Of a DNA stretch of 64,000 nt, positions 58,701-64,000 are shown in pieces. The position numbers and the translations under genes are program-made. Source of the stretch: a virus. Taxonomy: Duplodnaviria > Caudoviricetes. Below the pieces are notes generated by a model, which made no database searches, was not told the DNA's origin, and saw nothing but the letters and a program-made list of their open reading frames with translations. Position 1 is the stretch's first letter, and every line of letters starts with the position of its first letter. The stretch is taken from the IMG/VR virus record IMGVR_UViG_3300037297_000386, one strand, 5' to 3'.

Positions 58701-60544
58701 TGTCGCCAGACGCGCATATCGGATCTTAAATCTTGCGGAATTGTTTTTCCCGTAGCTTTTTTCCAGTAATGATTTAAAATATTTTTTTGGTCTTCTGGGG
58801 TTCTAACGCCTGAAGTCATTACTGCAGTTTCTGGCAAAAATGGTTTTAATGTTTTCCAGGCATTAAGTAGTAACTGATTAACTTTCGCTCTTGGAATCAT
58901 TAATATGCGTCTGTCTTCTTGTGAAATATTGATCAATTGTTTGTTCGGTTGGTTTATTCCCGATCTTAAATTATCGACCCAAACAATATCCGCCGGAGTT
59001 AATTCGGCACGTTTAGATATTAGTGGCTTAATATTTTGTTGAATAACACGTGCAATTTGTGGATTTTGTATTTGTATTAATTTTAAAACATAATCGTTTA
59101 TATTAGGCATACTAACGCTTCTAGCTAATACAATATGAACCACATTGTTTGCTACTCCTTCTTTATAAGGTGGTTGCATTAACTGTATCGATTCAGGAAA
59201 AATATTTGATACATATATCACGCGCTCACTAATAAGATTTAAATTAGGCCCACTAATATCAAATGCTATTCCTTCTTGATGAGCTGATTCTCCTGGCTCA
59301 GCAACGTCCGGACGATCAAACCCATCAGGTACAGTTCCAGCGACCATTATTCTGGATATTTTATTCAAAATATATTTATCCAAACGACTAAATGCTGTAC
59401 GATTAATCGATTTATTATATAATCGTTCAATTCTCCACGGATTTATTCTTTGTTCTATACCAAATGTTTTATGGAAATATCCTTCATATATTTTAGTATT
59501 CCATCTATTGTGCCACTTATGTCCGTCAAATACACCCCAACTTCTCCAATATTCTAATAATATTCTGGCTTGTTCGTGTTCATCCCTATAAACACTAGTA
59601 ATTGTAGAACCTGGTGGCAAAAATGGTGCTATAATTCTCCAAGCTATTTTAATACTTGGGTCATCAAATACGACATTTTTTCCTATATTGTTTACATTTA
59701 AATCTATATCAACTTGTGTCAATAGATTTTGAATATCAGTGGGATCCGAATATGGAATTGGCTGCTCTTCTTGTTGAATTGCTGGAGAAGCAGACATTGG
59801 TAGATCATCAGCCCTACAACTAATTGTGGCTTTTTTCTTTTTTCCCTCGTGTTTTTCAACCAATTCTGGATCAAGATACTGGTTTTTCAATGTAGATGCT
59901 TCGTGTCCAACTATTTCAGCAACTTCATTCAATGCATCTTTAAAATCTTTCTTTTTGAGCATTTCTTTCATCAAACGATTTGCATGAAATCCACGTAAAT
60001 CTTTCGCACTAATATCAAATTTAGAAAGATAGCGGTTAACTGCTCTGTCCCAAATCTTTTTACCATCGATTTCAAATATAAAATCGTCAGACTTTTTGCC
60101 TTTCATTAAATCCCGAATGACTTTTATTACTTTACTGTTTTCAAGGACAACATTTTGTTCAATTGCACCTTTTCCGGGAAAGTCAAACGTCATTTTATTG
60201 CCTTTCCCTTTTACATGTTTCACTTTAAGAGTAGACGCCCCAAATGTTCCTTCTTTAGCAGAATCCTCATTTCCGATACGCATAGCAGTATCGTCCATAA
60301 TGCCGACTATAGCAGCAATGGCACGAGTACGGTCATCGTCAGAGTTTAAATCTTTTTCATATTGTTTACGAACTTTCTTCAATTCTTTTTCAAGTTTCTT
60401 CAGTTTTTCTATCTTCTCATTCCACCGCTTTTTAATATGATCTTCTTTGTATTTATAAATAGTTCCGCCACTCTCACTTTTCTCTTTTTTTTCATACGCA
60501 GGCTTATCAGACACAACCTTGGCTCTTTTACTTATTTGTCTCAT
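52775..60544 (-). CDS. Multi-enzyme polyprotein (~2589 aa): TopIB - M15 peptidase x2 - helical domain - CCA-adding enzyme/HD - LigD primase-polymerase - unknown - 2H phosphoesterase - WWLSPD repeat x2 - LigD 3'-phosphoesterase
   Basis: TopIB MRIGNE/FPGK/AKDLRGFH/VGH/NQY; M15 TSxxR...SxHxxGxAxD...VH twice; GGWVRD..DIDI, RRDLTIN, DDPLRVLR, LLHDVGK; FVDLD..SGGTGYH..IRVPY; PHITL twice; FVIQKHEAHRAGTHFDLRL..SWAIPK. Start set at the ATG behind AAGGA. Confidence 0.9.
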   Translation of the reverse strand: MRQISKRAKVVSDKPAYEKKEKSESGGTIYKYKEDHIKKRWNEKIEKLKKLEKELKKVRKQYEKDLNSDDDRTRAIAAIVGIMDDTAMRIGNEDSAKEGTFGASTLKVKHVKGKGNKMTFDFPGKGAIEQNVVLENSKVIKVIRDLMKGKKSDDFIFEIDGKKIWDRAVNRYLSKFDISAKDLRGFHANRLMKEMLKKKDFKDALNEVAEIVGHEASTLKNQYLDPELVEKHEGKKKKATISCRADDLPMSASPAIQQEEQPIPYSDPTDIQNLLTQVDIDLNVNNIGKNVVFDDPSIKIAWRIIAPFLPPGSTITSVYRDEHEQARILLEYWRSWGVFDGHKWHNRWNTKIYEGYFHKTFGIEQRINPWRIERLYNKSINRTAFSRLDKYILNKISRIMVAGTVPDGFDRPDVAEPGESAHQEGIAFDISGPNLNLISERVIYVSNIFPESIQLMQPPYKEGVANNVVHIVLARSVSMPNINDYVLKLIQIQNPQIARVIQQNIKPLISKRAELTPADIVWVDNLRSGINQPNKQLINISQEDRRILMIPRAKVNQLLLNAWKTLKPFLPETAVMTSGVRTPEDQKNILNHYWKKATGKTIPQDLRSDMRVWRQVSRLLKRHYGYIVGPPETNNPYSHLKGRALDIAGADLYDISAVVKAVSDNPALPVTFRKPLIEQGNGCVHVGVESARFDEDAVLAVREHSRQRFASIYSAIEDEQIQNIFADFLYSNPPEDLINKLGIIQYESFDGQGIADSEDELVLDMGFGKEDGLGNWFEKSLILDLEESAGAAHNIKDPNKIEFEQPEWFKYDPEKPISLRDKNAANNIFPDTDEEALAIQPSTFLNNKKLMEKFPHLILAQATKLSMLHPQEYFVLKYYRRPELKDVNQDALLRLLDFNPSFYFNSGLFLEDEFKHAIDTAAINILKNNPIEILNLAKSSPVIREAIQDIIPEAKKMVADFDKEKELSISEKTKEEHRINKERGQFWRHQFDISEIGNKPSFWEYPKAYISKRLKYANDTINLTSTERKIFNILKSAVDEFNLGTTIRVAGGWVRDKLMGRQSKDIDIAIDNMTGKEFVDYINRYARIHNIDITAGLIPAKPEQGKHLETAVIHMLGESIDVVNLRDEEYDEESRKPIVTITDSPIKDAFRRDLTINSLFYNIHTNKIEDFTGQGIYDIKNKILRTPKTVTEEQQKEVGRLIDAKQIFLDDPLRVLRAIRFANRYPDFKIDPEIISAAKNKDVQEAFRNKITWERRQEELSKIMSENRSPREALELIKDLGYRSEILQLPDEYSEWELDQNNPHHEFNVWGHLMEALDNIYEITKNEDLNKADRYILNWATLLHDVGKLDPTVQGVKEMGDKLVNTYHGHERSSIQAAQYILTKLKGTKGKDIKRVQSLIDAARRVDLDPDKASKITAKAIRNILKLTQEFGDDWKRALQVALADAAAHKGGWLPTFPMEGYDYLTRQFEKVPTTTALVPLISGFDLQNLFNRRPGKWIGQINKELQIWQTQAATHNIELSREDVIHFLESFDAQNIYDEKTHEYKEPIVSMIKEARFISKCAEKESEDGKYEKEKNDPKWDEVLIDKDRKLTRRQIRDHYIKNKSKIMSEIKGKPVMLFIGTGKNQNVLKRNHNDKRIIISDNKDYNYWVDRRVVSIHRVIESKTDLGFVDLDVHGNFSKEKTLKYAKKITSKIKSKYGKPTIYESGGTGYHVEFHTKKTNVDALRNELREMCEDLNEDFDGFTTGIVKGDGVRTDTTTLKTNGNIRVPYALHEKYGGIKKPISHGGDDARDHLSIRDNGKTNKIVASVLYLSGIPDDILELLSHLPGFFPFPSAEEDGIVSGKIIILPNVYILWNYLDKARSHVSEQHGYNASVRLRYIVDEANQSQYITVFEYNSKDPYETFKQLQSFLMDQDLHQKMLKIISDKEGSEQEELAKVIPLFKDKSSSEGTYLLSKCAKKKPIGIFAVLPKSLSKQFSSLGEHDNSVPHITLLYIGKNVKNNQHNLLLQTVERILEKWMPFIVEFDNKVSYFPATKHSDGCKVAKIKILSEQLKKLHKELKKGLVSVGIDVDDHFENYSPHITLEYMEPPKVKYDGKTPEGSWLIDSVEIWGCGKNKTFRLPKVLSKRAKLPYGWWLSPDGQLYEVDVFGHTIFVDEHKELFKDMSGGEYDIAFDNDWIRIVKADNNLDLEFPAKEDKYIRRVQSVDLPGIYKSVEISWPGGYILNIPYSIFVASSGFDDLERFMKYRTSSRWEGTSGAFPIKIPYSMFITSSGFDDMFSSKWASIHSFISKRADTSDAWWLSPDNKLYPVGFFEHARFITENIDLFEGAPEITDKNYYEIYNIAFERGWIRLVTLRGYLQVQVPSFDDLYLKRVQNIVPYLPIINIKKIDILASNDIEVGPFNLLDFLTANSFKDLERLDKQSFKSNFRYISKRAKSISKDPLSVYKKKRNFNETKEPKENGKGKNIFVIQKHEAHRAGTHFDLRLQKDNVLESWAIPKAKLPSKGERLLATITEPHPLSYTGSYTIPSGEYGAGKVSVYQKGHYKPISWSNKKIEFEISSGKAKGKYVLVHTDGKKWLWMIKKDEN

Positions 60545-60550
60545 GTTTAG

Positions 60551-60700
60551 ATCCTTTTTAAAGTTGTGATCAGCCAATAATGGTTGTAAGTTTTTATAAT
60601 AGCAGACTCGACGGAACCGATCTTTATCAATTAATCGTTTGCTCAATTTCTTGTTCATAATTGCCCACACCAAAGTCATATTTTAGTCTCTTTATTAAAT
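60551..60700 (-). pseudogene. Frameshifted HNH endonuclease C-terminal relic
   Basis: ...DFGVGNYEQEIEQTI / DKDRFRRVCYYKNLQPLLADHNFKK parallels GMTWDNYGRWHIDHII...KKVCNYTNLQPLWAEDNLKK of 21467..22351. Confidence 0.6.
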
Positions 60701-60962
60701 ATCCAATAAATCTCCGAATTTTTTGTGCCATAAGCTTTTGTGAATAACTCATGGTTTCTCCCAAGTCTTCACTTTCACGATATGTTAAACTTAATTTATC
60801 ATATATCTTTTTAATTGTGTCTATAACAGATTGAGCATGTGTTATATTTTTTCTAGACATAGATATCTCAAATTCCCTATTTAATGTCGTCAGGGCCTTT
60901 CGTATCGTATATTGATTATTATAGTCAATATACTTATCTATTTTTGTAAATAAATCTATCAT
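60627..60962 (-). CDS. Hypothetical protein, 111 aa (possibly the decayed N-terminal part of the HNH relic)
   Basis: Overlaps the portal stop; its C-terminus resembles a degenerate HNH segment. Confidence 0.4.
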   Translation of the reverse strand: MIDLFTKIDKYIDYNNQYTIRKALTTLNREFEISMSRKNITHAQSVIDTIKKIYDKLSLTYRESEDLGETMSYSQKLMAQKIRRFIGYLIKRLKYDFGVGNYEQEIEQTIN

Positions 60963-63900
60963 GGTTTAATTGGCAGTGGTGTCCCACCTCCTGGCGTTGT
61001 AGCCGGGCCTTTAACACCTAATTCGCCTCCACCAGGACCAGGAATTATTGGACCACCCATACCAGGAGGAGCGCCTAATGGTGATGGGGCTCCTGTTGGA
61101 GGACCCCCTAATGGCGGTAATCCGCCGCCCATTGGGCCACCTAAACCACCAGGTACCAATCCTGCACCAGGGATACCAGATTCCTCTGCTCCCGGCGTAC
61201 CAGGTAATGGTGTTTCAGTTGGTTCTATAATATCTTCATCAGCTTTAATAGCTCTCAAAGCGCCTAGTGTCATTCCTTGTAATATTACAGCTTCCTTAGC
61301 TGTTATGGCATTATATATCATCTCTTCTTTTATTAACCTACGTTCTTCTTCCATATTGAGACCTAAACTTCTATATAATGTTGTCTGAGAAACTTTATTA
61401 TTCTGTGCTAAATTGTTTAATACATTTATATAATTATCCATATCAAACAATATCATTCGATTCCATTCCACTTCTGGAACTATTAACTTTTTATCCCCAT
61501 CCTTATACTCATAAAACTCTTGTATTTCACTAATCGGAGCGAATATTTTTTTGGTTAGCCACTGCGCCATCATATTTCTAAATGATTCATATCGCTGTTT
61601 TAATACTTCCAACCCAACAGTCGCACTATTAAAAGATGCCCCTTCTTGTGTAACTACAGCCTTTGGAACCATCAAACCAAACAAAATATTATCTAAAATA
61701 AAATTCATATCTGGTGTAATATCGATAATAGCGCCACTGGCTCCAACACGTTCAACAGATATTCCTGCATGAGATATTATCTTAAAGTCTTTGTCGTATT
61801 GAGCACTGTTCCCTAATATTATTAATGACTTATGACGTTTAGTAACAAATAATCCTCCAGGAACAGTAAAACACCATACCTTTCCATTATATTTTGTTTT
61901 ATTAAGAGTAGCACATTTGGATTTTGGATTTTGTCTATACATTGGAAATCTTCCTTTAGATCCGTCGCTCCAATTTGTAATCCAGTATTCCTTACCTTGC
62001 CCATTTTTAGTTTTATATACACTAGGCGAATATCCAGCCAAAAATGCAAGTTCAAAAATATCATTCGCTAAATTTTCAGATATAGTACTATATTTAAAAC
62101 CACATGTATTATTTTTATTAACATATGTGGTTCCATCACCATTGTTCAATGCTTTTAATAATATTTTCATTTGTCGAGGAGAAATAGAATACACCCACCT
62201 AGGAATTCGTTTATTATGTGAATTGCATTTACCATTTTCACCTATTTCATTAAAAATATGTCTAACTAATTTAGCATCATACACAATACCTTTCCATATT
62301 GATTTATGTTTATTTTCAGAAAATCCAGAACCATTATTAATAATTCTAGACTTAACCGTTTTGTTAAAATATTTAGCGATTTTCGTTAAATTATTTTCCA
62401 TCGCAAGTTTTTCTTCAGTTTCTTCTTCTTGGTATAAATTAATACTATTTGGATATTTATTATTTATAATACAAACATATCCTTCACTAATAACATTGCC
62501 CAAAAACTCCAGATAATCATCTGTTTTTATTTCATGTCCACATACATTTGTATACTCAATTTCAGTGCCATTAAAATTAGTTACCGCTCTAAACCTATAA
62601 TTAGTTTTAGACATGTTTTTTGCTTTTATAAATTCCCAATCAGACCACCCATCTTTTAATTTTCTACTAACAAACATTCTATGATTCGGAGTAACCATAG
62701 CATCTACTTGCTGCCCATTAAAATGATACATTTCACCATTATAATCATATAAATGAGATTTTAACGGAACACGGTATTCTAATTTTTCAGTATCTTTGTT
62801 AAAACAGGCTATCTTGAAACCAGGTTTAATGCTAGCTCTATAAGACCCATCATCGTTTTTAGTATAATCCATTACTTCATTATATTTTTTAAATCCTTTA
62901 TTAGTCAAAACTTGTGTTTGTTCATCGTGACATTCAAATGTTTGTCTCCACTTTTCTAAATCATCACCAGTTGGATGATATTCACCCTCAGCTGTTCCTC
63001 CAACTTTTACGATAGTTATTGGATTTACAAGATTGTCAGCTTGTGCAAATTTAGAGTTTCCTTGAATAGTATACAAACCATTGCGACGAGTAATAAATAA
63101 ACCAGTTGGAACTTCATAACACCAGACTAATCCATCATAATTTATTTTATCTATATTAGCCCCACCATGATTTGGATTACCATATATTAATGGTTCTTCT
63201 CCGTAATTAGTATTAGACCACGTAATAATATATTCGGTTGACTTATTGCTAACATTAGATATCAATATATTTGGAGAAAACCCACATTTATACACAAGCT
63301 CGCTTACATCATCTGCTAACTGTTTAGATACAGTAGAATATTTATAAGCAACTGATTTATTTTTATATTTACTTTTTATAACAGTTCCATCTCCTGCTAA
63401 TAATGCATTTAATAAAACCTGTAAATGTTCCCTGTGTAATTTAAGTATCCAGCGAGGAATTCGTTTATTATGAGAAGTACAATTTTCTCCATCTCCTATT
63501 TCTTTTATAAATAGATTCGTTAATTCCTTATTACATATCTTTCCTTCCCAATATTCATGTGGAGAATGCCTATTGAATCCAGCACCACGAATTTTCGTGT
63601 AATTATTACAATATAAACCTAAACTATTTGCAAAATTATTTGTACATTTAAATATTTTATCATAGTATTTTGACCTTGTTTCTTGCCCAATGATTATTTT
63701 GTTATCCGATCTTTTACCATAAATATAATTTTTATATATACAACCTTCGCTTAATAAATATCCTAAGAATTCCATATAACTGTTGGTAGAAATTTTCGAA
63801 TCAAATATTTCTATGGTGTCTCTTTTTTCTCCAATCCAATCTGCATGTGTTTTAAAACGATAATAACGCGATTTAGATATATTTTTGGCCAACTCAAAAT

Positions 63901-64000
63901 TCCAATCGGTCCAATTATTTTTAATTTTACTCGTAACCCACATACGATGTTCTGGGGTTACACATATATCCACCTTTTTGCCATTAAAATGGTACATTTC
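60959..64000 (-). CDS. Portal protein (5' part outside window) with two inteins and a Pro/Gly-rich C-tail
   Basis: Extein SKFAQADNLVNP...WRQTFE / SAQYDKDFKI...GLMVP...FNSATVGLEVLKQRY...WLTKKIFAPI looks like a portal core; the position upstream of the protease and MCP fits. Confidence 0.75.
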   Translation of the reverse strand, partial: EMYHFNGKKVDICVTPEHRMWVTSKIKNNWTDWNFELAKNISKSRYYRFKTHADWIGEKRDTIEIFDSKISTNSYMEFLGYLLSEGCIYKNYIYGKRSDNKIIIGQETRSKYYDKIFKCTNNFANSLGLYCNNYTKIRGAGFNRHSPHEYWEGKICNKELTNLFIKEIGDGENCTSHNKRIPRWILKLHREHLQVLLNALLAGDGTVIKSKYKNKSVAYKYSTVSKQLADDVSELVYKCGFSPNILISNVSNKSTEYIITWSNTNYGEEPLIYGNPNHGGANIDKINYDGLVWCYEVPTGLFITRRNGLYTIQGNSKFAQADNLVNPITIVKVGGTAEGEYHPTGDDLEKWRQTFECHDEQTQVLTNKGFKKYNEVMDYTKNDDGSYRASIKPGFKIACFNKDTEKLEYRVPLKSHLYDYNGEMYHFNGQQVDAMVTPNHRMFVSRKLKDGWSDWEFIKAKNMSKTNYRFRAVTNFNGTEIEYTNVCGHEIKTDDYLEFLGNVISEGYVCIINNKYPNSINLYQEEETEEKLAMENNLTKIAKYFNKTVKSRIINNGSGFSENKHKSIWKGIVYDAKLVRHIFNEIGENGKCNSHNKRIPRWVYSISPRQMKILLKALNNGDGTTYVNKNNTCGFKYSTISENLANDIFELAFLAGYSPSVYKTKNGQGKEYWITNWSDGSKGRFPMYRQNPKSKCATLNKTKYNGKVWCFTVPGGLFVTKRHKSLIILGNSAQYDKDFKIISHAGISVERVGASGAIIDITPDMNFILDNILFGLMVPKAVVTQEGASFNSATVGLEVLKQRYESFRNMMAQWLTKKIFAPISEIQEFYEYKDGDKKLIVPEVEWNRMILFDMDNYINVLNNLAQNNKVSQTTLYRSLGLNMEEERRLIKEEMIYNAITAKEAVILQGMTLGALRAIKADEDIIEPTETPLPGTPGAEESGIPGAGLVPGGLGGPMGGGLPPLGGPPTGAPSPLGAPPGMGGPIIPGPGGGELGVKGPATTPGGGTPLPIKP
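61808..62932 (-). mobile_element. Intein 2 in portal (375 aa, LAGLIDADG-containing)
   Basis: Starts CHDEQTQVLTNKGF; VTPNHRM (block B); FLGNVISEG and LNNGDGT; ends KVWCFTVPGGLFVTKR...IILGN followed by Ser. Confidence 0.92.
63056..64000 (-). mobile_element. Intein 1 in portal (N-terminus outside window, LAGLIDADG-containing)
   Basis: VTPEHRM; FLGYLLSEG and LLAGDGT; ends VWCYEVPTGLFITRRNGLYTIQGN followed by Ser. Confidence 0.92.

Noticed and set aside
60545-60679. ORF-track start of the polyprotein at 60679
   Set aside because: The extension is an HNH relic; the ATG at 60544 has an AAGGA SD and starts right at the first ISKRA motif.
1506-63000. Numerous plus-strand ORFs of 60-263 aa in the track (e.g. 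7698..8195, 43490..44281, 61917..62516)
   Set aside because: All lie antisense to long minus-strand genes and lack SD sites or motifs; they are shadows of repetitive or low-complexity coding sequence.
1-64000. tRNA or rRNA genes
   Set aside because: No cloverleaf with T-loop GTTCRA and acceptor stem was found in the intergenic gaps by eye; tRNAscan/ARAGORN would be decisive.

Overview
This window is the head/neck/tail-fibre morphogenesis region of a large AT-rich tailed phage (jumbo/huge-phage type). Essentially all real genes are on the minus strand and read in standard code 11. Order in the direction of transcription: portal (5' end outside the window, two LAGLIDADG inteins); a ~2590-aa multi-enzyme polyprotein (TopIB, two M15 peptidases, CCA-adding enzyme+HD, LigD-type primase-polymerase, 2H phosphoesterase, two WWLSPD repeats, LigD 3'-phosphoesterase); a block of probable internal-head proteins including a Dps-like protein; prohead protease-scaffold fusion; more probable internal proteins, two of them joined by a predicted -1 frameshift; capsid decoration protein; two free-standing LAGLIDADG genes; major capsid protein split by two group I introns; nuclease-methyltransferase fusion; six tandem paralogues; HNH, cold-shock and neck genes; tail fibre/tailspike-like genes. 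The most interesting signal is an apparent virion cargo system. The polyprotein's domains are separated by a recurring [IL]S[KC][RC]A linker, the same or K/R-x-A motifs recur in head proteins, and 10 neighbouring proteins share a ~28-aa helical tag. Hidden non-coding features include a 129-bp inverted-repeat structured element, IS607/TnpB-type right ends, and relics of Cas12f/TnpB, GIY-YIG and HNH genes. All family calls come from motif recognition by eye; no database searches were run.
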